The position numbers and the translations under genes were made by a program. A DNA stretch of 64,000 nucleotides from contig NC_086097.1 in NCBI RefSeq assembly GCF_963921235.1, positions 64,420,001 to 64,484,000 on the forward strand. Direction: 5' to 3'. The DNA is from Mobula hypostoma. Taxonomy: Eukaryota. Of the stretch, positions 1-12,440 are shown piece after piece (positions within the stretch are counted from its first letter, which is position 1; each line of letters begins with the position of its first letter). The notes beneath the pieces were generated by a model that saw only the letters and a list, made by a program, of their open reading frames with translations, had not been told where the DNA came from and did no database searches.

Positions 1-296
1 AACAATTGTATCAAATTGGATTCAGAATAAGTAGTAAGCCTGTTTAAAAATGATGGGACAGGTTGGAAGATTACATCAATGTACGGTATGTGATTTGATG
101 CTTGTGATAAGAGAATGTAAAATTGTGAAGTTGCTAATGGAAGTATATTGTAAAGGTGTGAACACTTCATTGTAAGCTACATGTAGGAGAAGTATTTGTC
201 TTTGACAGGAAATGTCATTGCCTACCAGATGTTCATTGGATTAAAAGACAAACAGAACCTCATTCTGATAGTGCAAGCAATAGAGCTTGACTTTAA

Positions 297-473
297 GAAG
301 AGGCGCAGTCGACGTTTCAGGCCGAGACCCTTCGTCAGGACTCCTGACGAAGGGTCTCGGCCTGAAACGTCGACTGCGCCTCTTCCTATAGATGCTGCTT
401 GGCCTGCTGCGTTCACCAGCAACTTTGATGTATGTTGCTTGAATTTCCAGCATCTGCAGAATTCCTGTTGTTT
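297..473. mobile_element. Fold-back mini-element made from Penelope-like terminal repeat
   Basis: 14-bp TSD GAGCTTGACTTTAA (283-296, 474-487). Perfect 44-bp inverted repeat 297-340/342-385. Same sequence as the terminal repeat at 3996-4095. Confidence 0.85.
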
Positions 474-979
474 GAGCTTGACTTTAAATTCACTTTGTGT
501 AATAACTGTTTCCATGTTCCAAAGCTAGAAACAGTTTTGAAGTTAAATAGATCAATAGAACAATGTGTTGTTTTTGACATGGATTGGAAAAGAGTGAAGA
601 ATGATCATTATCTGAAAACTGTTTTAAATCCTTTTTATTTGTTTTAAATCTATTATTTTTATATAAAAAACACGGTTAAGCTACAGCAAGCATAATAACA
701 TCAACAAATCTACAACAAAAACAGTTGATATCAGTATTTTTAACTTTCAAAGAGTAATTGTCATTTTTATGCCAGTTATGGGATCATCGTACTTTAGTGC
801 TGGAAGCAGGTTTTGTTTATTTATTTCATGTTGAAACTTAAATGTGAACATATAAATGAGACAGTCATCTTTAAGCTCATTTGAATTCTTGTCCTTTCGG
901 TGAGAGCCTGGTATCTGACTACTGCACTAGCCATTCTCCTCATTTCTGCTTCAAAGATTTTAATATTAATGTCTTACAG

Positions 980-1070
980 AAATGGACGATGAAGATTGTG
1001 AGAGGAGAAGGACAGAGTGCTTAGATGAAATGTCCAATTTGGAGAAACAGTTTACAGATCTAAAAGAACA
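980..1070 (+). CDS. BRMS1L: BRMS1L coding exon (probable exon 2), 91 nt
   Basis: ttacag acceptor and gtaagt donor. Translates (E)[30 protein letters not shown], the BRMS1/BRMS1L N-terminal coiled coil. Confidence 0.95.
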
Positions 1071-1877
1071 GTAAGTAGATGTAAAATTTTCAGTGTGTTT
1101 ACCGTTTCTGAACATGGCTACAGCCAAATTTTCCCAAATTATTCAGTATTATTTCTGTCAAGTATTTAGGACTATTTAGTTCTAAGTCTACTCTTGACGT
1201 AGGTCTTACGTTCCCAATGTTCAGAAACTAAACTGGAGGAGTCAGGAAAATCCCTCAACTATTGTTACTTACTCATCATTTGGGAATGGCGCTTAAAAAC
1301 TCTGTGTTATACCCCACTTGTTGATAGTTAATGGTTCCTAAAACAAACCTCTTTTACCATCAGTTAATGCAACCTGCTATTTTATAAATTTGCTTCTTCA
1401 AGCATGATACAAAAACAGAAAATAAATCAATAAGATGGCACATCCTTAGTTAAAGAGTCAGATTCACTGCTTCAGTTTAAAGAATGGAATTGTCAAGTTG
1501 AATTGCCAGAAAATGCTCACCTGTTCTAGAAGACAATATTTCTATATTCATCTTTGAAAATCCAAATGTTATTTGTAGAGTTGAATTCAGCTGCCCCTTC
1601 ATTGTTTGTAAAGGTTTTCATGATTTTGAAAGTTCCAGTGTCAGGTTTCTATTAAGTTCTGTGTCTCACCAAGACCTAAAATTTTATATGAGGTCTTGCT
1701 ACGGACATTTTCAAAGTGAGGTGCCATGATGTTCAATTTGTATCTTGCTTAAACATGTGTGGTGAGTAATTTCTGAATTATACAGTCTGGATTGTATTTC
1801 AGCAAACCTGCACATTTGCCACTCTGGTTAGAGATGGCTCCCCTGAAGTTTCTTGGCACTTACATAAGTATGTCATC

Positions 1878-2125
1878 GTTCTACCTCTGATAGGATAAAC
1901 AAGCAGGAAAGCTATCACCCATATCTATATATCTAATAATTTTATATGTCTCAATAAAATCCCCTGTCAACCTCCTTTGCTCCAGGGAAAACAGACCCAG
2001 CTTCTCCGATCTCTCCTCATAACTGAAACTCTCCATCTGAGACAACATCCTGTTGAATCGTCTAGCACTATGTATCTTTCCTATAGTCTGGTGATCAGAA
2101 CTGCACACAGTGCTCCTTCCAAGGT
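1878..2125 (-). mobile_element. CR1 LINE 3' ORF2 fragment
   Basis: Minus-strand SYEERSEKLGLFSLEQRRLTGDFIETYKII, the CR1 ORF2 C-terminal motif. Confidence 0.85.
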
Positions 2126-3185
2126 ACACTTCCTCTGATATTCCCTCTTAACTGCATTGTTTACTTGTCTGATGCAATTATGTTTTTGGTCACTTGTGAC
2201 CCACAGAATGTGAATTCAGCATCACTCAGCATCACTATCTTATCAGGGCTATCATTGTCTGGCACTGTTGTGGCACAAATATTACCAGCCATTCAGTAGT
2301 CCTTATCTGAATGTTGACCTATATATCATTGACATCCCCAATTATGGGCTTGGGCTTCCTTGAGGAACTGAGGTCGTGGGACAGGGATGATTTACTGACC
2401 AAGAACTGTACTATATATTTAGTACAGAAACTGAAAGCTACTGTCAGTGATTTAACTTTTCAGTTTATTCTTTGTGCAAGATATGACTCCAATCTTTGAA
2501 GTGTTTTCTCCCCCTTGGTATCCATTGATTTCAGCTTTGCCAAACCTCCTTGATGCTAAGGTTGGTTAGTCTCAGTTTACCAGTATTTCACACTTCAATT
2601 TTGTTTTACCTAACTCCACTCCAGAAAGTCTAGCTCTAATTTTTCACTTATGGAATCTAAACCTAGAATTCCAAATTCTTTATCTAAACTAGTAGTTTGC
2701 TTTAACTTCCAAGGATGATGCAGTACACCAGTGTGTTCTATAGCTTTAGTTTAACTTCTGCCCACATGATTTCTAGTTTTCTAGCTACAAAGGAAAGCAT
2801 TCCATATACTGTTTTGGTCATTTTCTATATTTATTTATGGCTATAATTTTCAATCCATTGCAAACTAATGGAACTTGCTGCTGACAGGTATCTGGTGATC
2901 ACCTTGATATGGGCTTTCTCTTTCAAAAGGTGCTTGTTATATTACAAAGTCAGCTGACAAGTTATAAGTACTTCTCATAGTCACTGTAGGAGCCATTAAT
3001 CTATTTTCTCTCTGTATTGGCATGTCTAATATGGAAAATTGTTACATGGGTTGGGGCGTGGAAGAAGCAAATGAATATAGTTACACGTTAACACAAGGAA
3101 ATCTGAAGATGCTGGAATTTCAAGCAATATACATTAAAGTTGCTGGTGAACGCAACAGGCCAGGCAGCATCTATAGGAAGAGGTA

Positions 3186-3223
3186 CAGTCGACGTTTCGG
3201 GCTGAGACCCTTCATCAGGACTA
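3186..3223 (-). ncRNA. Minimal hammerhead ribozyme motif (inverted pLTR copy)
   Basis: Minus strand reads TAGTC-CTGATGA-A-GGGTCTCAGCCC-GAAA-CGTC-GACTG. Confidence 0.68.
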
Positions 3224-3992
3224 ACTGAAAGAAGAGCTAATAAGAGATTTGAGAGGGGGAGGGGGAGATCCGAAATGATAGGAGAAGACAGGAGGGGGAG
3301 GGATGGAGCCAAGAGCTGGACAGTTGATTAGCAAAAGGGATATGAGAGGATCATGGGACAGGAGGCCTAGGGTGACACTTCACCTGTGAGTCGGCTGGGG
3401 TGATATACTGCGTCTGGTGCTCCCGATGTGGACTTCTATATATAGGCGAGACCCGACGCAGACTGGGAGATCGTTTCGCTGAACACCTACGCTCTGTCCG
3501 CCAGAGAAAGCAGGATCTCCCAGTGGCCAGACATTTTAATTCCACGTCCCATTCCCATTCTGACATGTCTATCCACGGCCTCCTCTACTGTAAAGATGAA
3601 GCCACACTCAGGTTGGAGGAACAACACCTTATATTCCGTCTGGGTAGCCTCCAACCTGATAGCATGAACATTGACTTCTCAAACTTCCGCTAATGCCCCA
3701 TCTCCCCCGGTACCCCATCCGTTATTTATTTATATACACACATTCTTTCTCCCTCTCTCTCCTTTTTCTCCCTCTGTCCCTCTCACTACACCCCTTGCCC
3801 ATCCTCTGGTTTTTCCCCCCCCTCCCCCTTTCTTTCTCTCTGGGCCTCCTGTCCCATGATCCTCTCATATCCCCTTTGCCAATCACCTGTCCAGCTCTTG
3901 GCTCCATCCCTCCCCCTCCTGTCTTCTCCTGTCATTTCAGATCTCCCCCTCCCCCTCACACTTTCAAATCTCTTACTAACTCTTCCTTCAGT

Positions 3993-4030
3993 TAGTCCTG
4001 ACGAAGGGTCTCGGCCCGAAACGTCGACTG
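3993..4030 (+). ncRNA. Minimal type I hammerhead ribozyme motif in Penelope pLTR
   Basis: TAGTC-CTGACGA-A-GGGT(CTCG)GCCC-GAAA-CGTC-GACTG: stem I TAGTC/GACTG, core CUGANGA and GAAA, stem II hairpin, GUC triplet. Confidence 0.7.
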
Positions 4031-4117
4031 TACCTCCTCCTATAGATGTTGCCTGGCCTGCTGCGTTCACCAGCAACTTTTATGTGTGTTGCTTGATAGT
4101 TACACGTTGTCTTAATT

Positions 4118-6350
4118 GTTTAGTGTCATCTAGTGAAGAGTGGTTGAGCCATGGGGAATGTTTTTTTTGTTGATTGCTTAAATACGTTAATTAATTATGC
4201 TAACTTTGCTTAGTTATGCTATTCGACTGCCAAGTGGAATGCTTAGCTCTGCGAATAACGTTACTGTACCGCTTAATATCACCAATTGGAATGTTATTAG
4301 AACACTTTTCACTATTGTATCGCTTATATCACTAATTTAGTTTTGTTAGGTTTTTCATTGCGATAAGATCATTCATCTTTGCTGGTTTTGTAATAAAGGA
4401 TCGAATACCTTTTTCAATTTGGAAATTCAACCTACAGTGTTGAGTACCTTGGCTTAGTCTCTCAGCAGTTTGGATTTCTTTTAAAGTAATCACTACATTT
4501 TGTCAAGAAATAGTTATACCAAACGAACACCAGTCTACTGCAAAGGATTGCTTTAGACCCATTGGTGAAATTAGAATTCCAACACTGAGAACAACACGTC
4601 AGAAACAGGAGAAACTTGCAGTAGAATTATCTGTGAACTTCTGTTGAGGTCAGCGCTGCCCATCCTTAAGGGACCATTGCTCAATCGTGTGGTGTTGCTG
4701 AAGGGTTCGTTGCTTTGTTTTCTTGAAGTGCTGAAATATTCTGGTTGCCGATGTTTGAATTGAAGGCTGATTGTTTGGTCTGGTTTAAACACTGGATGTG
4801 TGGATATTTTGTTTGTTGACGAGGTTTATTGTGTTGAATATTGTCGGTGCTGCAGGTGAACAACGAGCTAATTGTGAGTCGCACAACTAGAGAAAGTAAC
4901 ATGAGTGTATCAAAGCATGGAATTAGTGCTGACAACCCTGCATTTGGGCTTTCAAAAGAGAAATCAAAGCTAAAGCTAAGGCTAATACTATCGGAAGTCT
5001 TCAAAGAGATAATGGAACAAATGTGACCAAAATTAAAGGTTTAATGCCATCAGTTGATGACAGCTATAGTGACTACCTCTATTTCTTTGAACAGTACACT
5101 GGAGGTCAGCCAAGAGAACTTGTCAGAAGTTGCCATCATGTAGACCCTAGGAAAGGATATGAAAAGCGAAGGCTTTATGACAGGAACATTTTGGTATTGA
5201 ATAAAAAATTGCATACAAATGCAATGTTGTCTTGAGGACTTGATGAGTCTCTGTGAAGCTGTTGCTAAGTAACATCATATGCTAATCTCATTACTTCCCA
5301 AGGCCAAACAAGAAAAGCAGAACCAATGATTTTCAAACATTGATTGCTATTGCAGTGCCTTAATTGAGGATACGAACTAATGGTTGAACCATACATGTTC
5401 CATTAATATAAATATGCATCTCTCCTTCCATCAGACAACATTTCTCAATTCCAGTGCATGTTTTGACTATGCATAGAGCAGGTGACCCACACGATGACGT
5501 GAAACCGCATGACAGTGTGTCTAATGTTAGTGCTCGAAGCTCTTTTGCTGGAAGAAAATCTTTCTCATCTATTACCTGTTCTGCATGCATTAAAACTGAG
5601 ACTGATTTAGCTGCATTAATTGCACGTCAACAATTATTGAAGAACAAACATGCGCTGGTAGGGCAAGAGGAGCAGCTACAGGAAAGGAAGGAACAGCTTA
5701 AGTTGGACACAGAAATTGGGCTTCAAATGTGGCAGTGCTAAAAGTGCCCCAGGAGGATGGTCCTATGGTGTGAGTTCCTATATTGAAAAGGCATTAAGAA
5801 CAACAAAAACACCTATTGCCAATGCTGATCTATTCTTTTCTTAAGTGTCTGTGAAACATGAACAAGACCTCCAAGAGGTAGTTCAGGTATTCATCCTCAG
5901 CCTGGACTAGTGAGGCACTCTAAACCTATGTCATATCCAATAGCTCAAAGTTCTCGAGTGGACAGTAACTTACAGCATGGAAACACTTGTTTTAGATGGT
6001 AGAAGGATATTATGAGGAAGCAAAATGAAGTAACAACCTTATTGGTACAACAGCAATGTATTTGGTCTTTGCTTAAAAGAGATTCAAATCTTTGGAGATC
6101 TATTGCAGTATCATGCATTCATGAGAGCTTTTGAAAACTGTGTTGAAGACGAGACTGACAGTCATAGTGACTGCTTCTGTTTCCTTGAACGGTACACTAG
6201 AGGTCACTCCAGACAACTTGTCAGAAGTTGCAGCATGTTGACCCTCTGAAAGGATATGTAAAAGCTAAGGCTTTACTACAGGAATATTTTGATAATGAAC
6301 AGAAAAGTTAATCTGTCTACATGCAAAAGGCTCTTTCTTGGGTACCAATC
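4118..6350 (+). mobile_element. BEL/Pao LTR retrotransposon relic: 5' LTR (~4118-4497) and decayed gag
   Basis: LTR ends ...CTACA at 4497 and is repeated at ~18090-20058. Peptides DDVKPHDSVSNVS and LYFFEQYTGGQPRELVRSC are typical of fish BEL/Pao gag. Confidence 0.75.
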
Positions 6351-6526
6351 AAAGTTCAAAGTACATTTATTACCAAAGTACATATGCAGTATGCAACCCT
6401 GCGATTCTCATTGAGAGTCATGAACAAAGAAAACCATGGAACCCATTCAAAGAAAAACCCTAACCTTTAGGATTGCCTTCCTCAAAGAAGACGTCTGCTT
6501 TGGTTGGTTGTGTGCAGGACACATGG

Positions 6527-7831
6527 AGTCATAGAAAAGTACGGCACAGTAATAGGCCCTTCGGCCCATCTAGTCCATGCTGAGCTATTTTAATTGCCTA
6601 GTTTAATCGGCCTGCACCAGGACCATAGCCCTGCATACCCCTACCATCCATGTATATATCCGAACTTAAACATTGAAATCGAGCTCACCTGCAACACTTG
6701 CACTGGCAGCTTGTTCCATACTCTCATGACCCTCTGTGTGAAGAAGTTTCCCCTCATGTTTCCCTTAAACTTTTCGCCTTTCACCCTCCACCCATGACTT
6801 CTAGTTGTAGTCCCACCCAACAGTGGAAAAAGCCTTCTTACATTTACCCAATCTATACTTCTCATAATTTTATATACCTCTATCAAATCTCCCCTCAATC
6901 TTCGACATTCCAAGGAATAAAGTCCTGACCTATTCAGTCTTTCGTCATAATTCAGGTCCTCCAGTCCTGGCAACATCTTTGTACATTTTCTCTATATTCT
7001 TTCAAGTTTATTTATACCTTTCCTGTAGTAGATGGCCAAAACTGCACAAAATACTCCAAATTATGCCTCACCAATGTCTTAGACAACTTCTACATAACAT
7101 CCCAACTCTATACTCAGTACTTTGATTTATGAAGGCCAATGTGCTAAAAGCTTTCTTTACAACCCTATCAACCTATGATGTCATTTACAATGAATTAAGC
7201 ACCTGTATTCCCAGATTTCTTTGTTCTACTGCACTTCTTCGTGCCCTACCACTCACAGTGTAAGCCTGCCCTGGTTGGTCCAACCAAAGTCCTACACCTT
7301 GCATTTGCTTGCATAAAATTCCACGTGCCATTTTTCAGCCCGGTTTTCCAGCTGGGTCCAGATCCCACTGCAAGCCATGATAGTCTTCCTTGGTATCCAC
7401 TGCACTCCCAATCTTGGTGTATCCACAAATTTGCTGATCCAGTTAACCACATTATCATCCAGTTTGTTGATATAGAAGCCAAACAACAATGGACTCAGCA
7501 CTGATTCTTGCGGCACTCCACTAATCACAGGACTCCTTTCAGAACTATCTAGCTTCTCTCACAAAGCTAATGTATCATCCAATTTACTACCTCATTTTGA
7601 ATGCATAGTGACTGGATCTTCTAACCTTCCATGCGGGACCTTGTCAAATGCCTTGCTAAATGCCTTGCTAAAGTCCAAGTAAACATCTGCTGTATTGCCT
7701 TCATCAACATTTTTGGTAACTTCCTTGAAAAACCATATAAGGTTGGTTAGACATGATCTACCATGCAAGAAGCCATGCTGAGTATTCTTAATAAATCCAT
7801 ATCTATACAAATACTCATATATCCTGTCCCA
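6527..7831 (-). mobile_element. Older CR1 LINE, 3' part (continues at ~12441-13422)
   Basis: QHGFLHGRSCLTNL...[41 protein letters not shown]. Interrupted at 7831 by a younger CR1. Confidence 0.85.
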
Positions 7832-9143
7832 TAGAAACATAGAAAATTTACAGCACGTTACAGGCCCTTCAGCCCACAATGTTGTGCCAACCATGTGACC
7901 TACTCTAGAAGCTGCCTAGAATTTTTCTAAGCTCCATGTACCTGTTTAAGAGTCTCTTAAAAGACCCTATTGTATCTGCCTTTACCATCTTCACTGGCAG
8001 TGCATTCCACACATTCACCACTCTCTGTGTGGAAAAACTTGCCTCTGACATCCCCCTTGTACCTACAACCAAGCACCTTAAAACTATGCCCCCTCTTGTT
8101 GGCCATTTCAGCCCTGGGGAAAAAGCCGCTGGCTATCCATACGATCAGTGCCTCTCATCATCTTATACACCTCTATGAGGTCACCTCTCATCCTTCGTCT
8201 CTTGAAGAAGAAAAGGCCAAGTTCACTCAACCTATTCTCATAATGCGTGCTCTCCAATCCTGGCAACATCTTTGTAAATCTCCTCTGCAGCCTCTCTATA
8301 GCATGCACATCCTTTCTCTAATGAGGTGACCAGAACTGAACACAGTTAGATCCAAGTGGGATCTAACTAAGGTCTTGTATAGCTGTAACATTACCTCACG
8401 GCTCTTAAACTCAATCCCATGGTTGAAGAAAAGCCAACACACCATATGCCTTCTTAATAACACTGTCAACCTGCGCAGCAGCTTTGAGTGTCCTATGGAT
8501 ATGGACCCTAAGATCTCGCTGATCCTCCACACGGCCAAAAATCTTATCATTAATATTATATTCTGTCTTCAAATTTGACCTACCGAAATGAACCACTTTA
8601 CACTTAACTGGGTTGAACTCCATCTGCCACTTCTTGGCCCAGTTCTGCATCCAATCACTGTCCCGCTGTAACCTCTGACAACCCTCCAGACTGTCCACAA
8701 CACCCCCAACTTTTGTATCATCCGTGAACTTACTAACCCACCTTTCTACTTCCTCATCCAAGTCATTTATAAAAATCACAAAGAGGAGGAGTCCAAGAAC
8801 AGATTCCTGCAGAACACCTCTGGTCACTGTCCTCCATGCAGGATACAAACCATCCACAACCACCCTTTGCTTTCTGTGGTCAAGCCAATTCTGGATCCAC
8901 AAAGCAAGGTATCCTTTGATTCCATGCCTCCATTACTTTCTGAATGAGCCTTGCATAGGGAGCCTTATCAAATGCCTTACTGAAATCCATATACACTACA
9001 TCCACTGCTCTACCTTCATCAATGTGTTTTGTTACATCCTCAAAGAATTCAGTCAGGTTTGTAAGGCATGACCTGCCCTTGACAAAACCATGCTGACTAT
9101 CCCTAATCAGATTATGTCTCTCCAAATGGTCTTAAATACTGCC

Positions 9144-9432
9144 CATCCTCTGGGTCACCCCCCCCCCCGCTTGTCTTTCTTCCCGGACCTCCTGTCCCAT
9201 GATCCTCTCGTATCCCCTTTTGCCTATCACCTGTCCAGCTCTCGGCTCTATCCCTCCCCCTCCTGTCTTCTATCATTTTGCATCTCCCCCTCCCCCTCCA
9301 GCTTTCAAATCCCTTACTCACTCTTCCTTCAGTTAGTCCTGATGAAGGATCTCGGCCTGAAACGTCAACTGCACCTCTTCCTTAAGATGCTGCTTGGCCT
9401 GCTGCGTTCACCAGCAACTTTGATGTATGTTG
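9144..9432 (+). mobile_element. Solo Penelope-like pLTR inserted in CR1
   Basis: 13-bp TSD CTTAAATACTGCC (9131-9143, 9433-9445). Degenerate hammerhead motif at 9334-9371. Confidence 0.85.
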
Positions 9433-10309
9433 CTTAAATACTGCCTCTCAGGATCTTTTCTAACAACTTGCCCACCACTGAAGTAAGACTCACTGGTCTA
9501 TAATTTCCTGGGTTATCTCTACTTCCTTTCTTGAACAAGGGAACAATGTTTGAAACCTTCCAATCCTCTGGTACTTCTCCTGTCCCTACTGATGATGCAA
9601 AGATCATCACCAGATGCTTAGCAATCTCCTTCCTCGCTTCCCACAGTACCCTGAGGTATATCGCACCCAGTCCCAGCGATTTATCTAAATACCTTTCAAA
9701 AGCTCCAGCACATCCTCTTTCTTAATGTCTATACACTCAAACATTTCAGTCCGCTTTAAGTATCTCCACAATTGCCAAGGTCCTTTTCACTGGTGAATAC
9801 TGAAGCAAAGTATTCATTAAGTACCTCTGCTACCTCCTGCGGCTCCACACACGTGTTTCCACTCTCATTCCTGATTGGTCCTATTCTCACATGGCTCATC
9901 CTCTTGCTCTTCTCATACTTTTAGAATGCCTTGGGGTTTTCCTTAATCCTACTCTCCAAGGCCTTTTCATGGCCCCTTCTAGCTCTCCTAATTTCATTCT
10001 TGCATTCCTTCCTGGCACCCTTGTAATTTTCTAGAGCTCTAACAATACCTAGTTCTTTGAAACTTTCATAAGCTTCTTCTATTCTTCTTAACTGGATTTT
10101 CTATATCCTTTGTACACCATGCTTCTTTTACCCTACCACCTGTGCAGAACGCCACCTTTCTGGTGTGCGTTTCCCTGAGAACATCTCCCAATTTATGTTC
10201 CCAAGTCCTGCCTAATAGCATCATATTTCCCCCTACCCCAATTAAATGTTTTCCCAAAATTTCTGCTCCTATCCCTCTCTAGCGCTATGGTAAAGGAAAT
10301 AGAGTTGTG

Positions 10310-10482
10310 ATAGAGTTGGTGTTGGCAAGTGGTTAAGGCATTGGACTAGTGACCTGAAGGTCGCGAGTTCGAGCCTCAGCTGAGGCAGCATGTTGTGCTC
10401 TTGAGCAAGGCACTTAACCACACATTGCTCCTGCACGTTTATAGCCCAGCGGTGGCGCTTGGTGCAGTATGGACAAGGCAAA
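10310..10482 (+). mobile_element. tRNA-derived SINE inserted in CR1
   Basis: A-box-like TGGCAAGTGGTTAAGG and B-box GAGTTCGAGCC, followed by a TCTTGAGCAAGGCACTTAACC core-like body. Confidence 0.75.
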
Positions 10483-12440
10483 ACTACCTCCAAAATGCTC
10501 TCCCACTGAGACATCTGACACTTGACCAGGTTCATTTCCCAATACCAGATCAAGTACAGCCTCTCCTCTAGTTGGCTTATCTACATATTGTGTCAAGAAA
10601 CCTTCCTGAACACACCTAACAAACTCCACCCCATTTAAACCCCTTGCTCTAAGAAGATGCCAGTCAATATTAGGAAAGTTAAAATCACCCATCACAACAA
10701 CCCTATTATTATTGCACCGTTCCAGAATCTGCCTCCCTATCAGCTCCTCGATGTCTCTTTTACTATTGAGAGGGGGTGTTCTGTAAATAAACACCCAGTA
10801 GCATTATTGCCCCCTTCCTGTTTCTGACTTCCGCCCACGATCCCTTCATGACTTCCACCTTTTCTGCAGCCGTGATACTATCCCTGATTAGCAGTGCCAC
10901 TTTCTCACATCTTTTGCCTCTCTCCCTGCCCTTTTTGAAACATCTAAAGCCTGGCACACTCAGCAGCCATTCCTGCCCCTGAGTCATCGAAGTCTCTGTA
11001 TTGGCCACAACATTATACTTCCACATATTGATCCACTCTCTTAAGTTCATCCGCCTTCCTCATGATACTCCTTGCATTAAAATAGATGCATCTCAAACCA
11101 TCTGGTTGAGTGTTTCTTTGGTCTATCATCAGCTTATCCTCCCTCATAAACTCCCTACAAGCTGTCACTACTTGTGCGCCAACCATCCCATCCTCTGCCT
11201 CTTCACTTGGTTTCCCACCCTCCTGTAAATCTAGTTTAAACCCTCCCCAATAGCATTAGCAAATCTCCCTCCCAGGATATTGGTTCCCCTCCAGTTCAGG
11301 TGCAACTTGTCCCACTTGTACAGGTCACCCCTTCCCCAGAAAAGGTTCCAATGATCCAATAACTTGAAACTCTGCCCCCTGCACCATCTCCTCAGCCACT
11401 CACTCATCTGCACTATCTTCCTGTTCTGATCTTCACTAGCTCATGGCACTGGGAGTCACCTGGAGATTACCACCTTAGAGGTCCTGCTCTTCAACTTCCT
11501 TCCTAACTCCATAAACTTACTGCGCAGAACCTCACCCTCTGTCATTGGTACCAACATGTACCACACCACTTGGCTGATCACCCTTCCCTTCAAGAATATT
11601 CTGCAACCGCTCAGAGACATCCTGGACTCTAGCACCCAGGAGGCAACACACTATTTTGGTGTCTCTTTTGCTACCGCAAAATCTCCTATCTGTCCCCCTA
11701 AATACTGAGTCCCCTGTGGCTATTGATCCGCCTGACTTCACCTTTTCCTTCTGAGGCTTAGAGCTGACTGCAGTGCTATTGGTCCGGCAGCTGCTGCCTT
11801 GCGCAGTTGGCCATTCCCTATAGCAGTATTCCCCTGTTGCTGAGGGGAATGGCCACAGGGGGACCCTGCACCGACTTCCTTCTCCCTTTACCTGTTTCGG
11901 TGTTCACCCATCTACTCCCTGAATTCTGCACTCTGAGTGTAACCACCTGCTTAAAAGTCGTATCTATCAATTGCTCTGCCTCCCGGATGATCCAAAGTTC
12001 ATCTGACTCCAGTTCCATTTCTTTAATGTGGTCTTTCATGAAATGGAGTTAGCTGCATGTCCTGCAGATGTAGTCATCAGGGAGACTATCAGGTTCCATG
12101 AATTCCCACATCCTACAGTAGAAACATTCCACTGCCATATCTGCCAATCTGCTTGCACTGTACAATGGGTAACCAAGACCAAGTAGTCAAGCCTGTGTCT
12201 TTGGCCTCAGCCTCTTCTCATCGAAGCCTCTTGAGTCAAAGCTTGACGCTCCTACTGTCACCGCTGGCCGACTCCCAACAATGGCCACCCTGCTTGCCCC
12301 TTCTGTGCTTTTCTTTAATTTGCAGTGCTATGCTCCCAACGCTGACTGGACCTCTGGAATATCCGAATGCCCGCGAAACTCTCCTTTTATACTAGCTTTG
12401 CCGACCTGCGAGTAAACACTTCAAAGTGCTCTGCTCCCAA

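Larger units (their letters stand above)
3090..4095 (+). mobile_element. 5'-truncated Penelope-like element: inverted pLTR + GIY-YIG endonuclease end + pLTR
   Basis: 13-bp TSD ATAGTTACACGTT (3077-3089, 4096-4108). ORF 3400-3693 IYCVWCSRCGLLYIGETRRRLGDRFAEH is GIY-YIG. ~3117-3370 is an inverted copy of ~3840-4095. Confidence 0.92.
7832..12440 (-). mobile_element. Near full-length decayed CR1 LINE (ORF1 esterase, APE, RT)
   Basis: GDSVFRG/HVGTND/DKLHLN (SGNH esterase), MGDFNFPNIDW (APE), [14 protein letters not shown] and KFTDDTK (RT); TTCTATG-type tail at ~7832. Confidence 0.9.

Noticed and set aside
196..528. Overlapping ORFs with the recurring peptides [12 protein letters not shown] and IDAAWPAAF
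   Set aside because: They are translations of the Penelope terminal repeat and recur wherever the repeat does; not a protein family.
297..4095. Palindromic ~35-bp repeats as a CRISPR array
   Set aside because: Dispersed, irregularly spaced, embedded in longer repeats, eukaryotic context and no cas genes.
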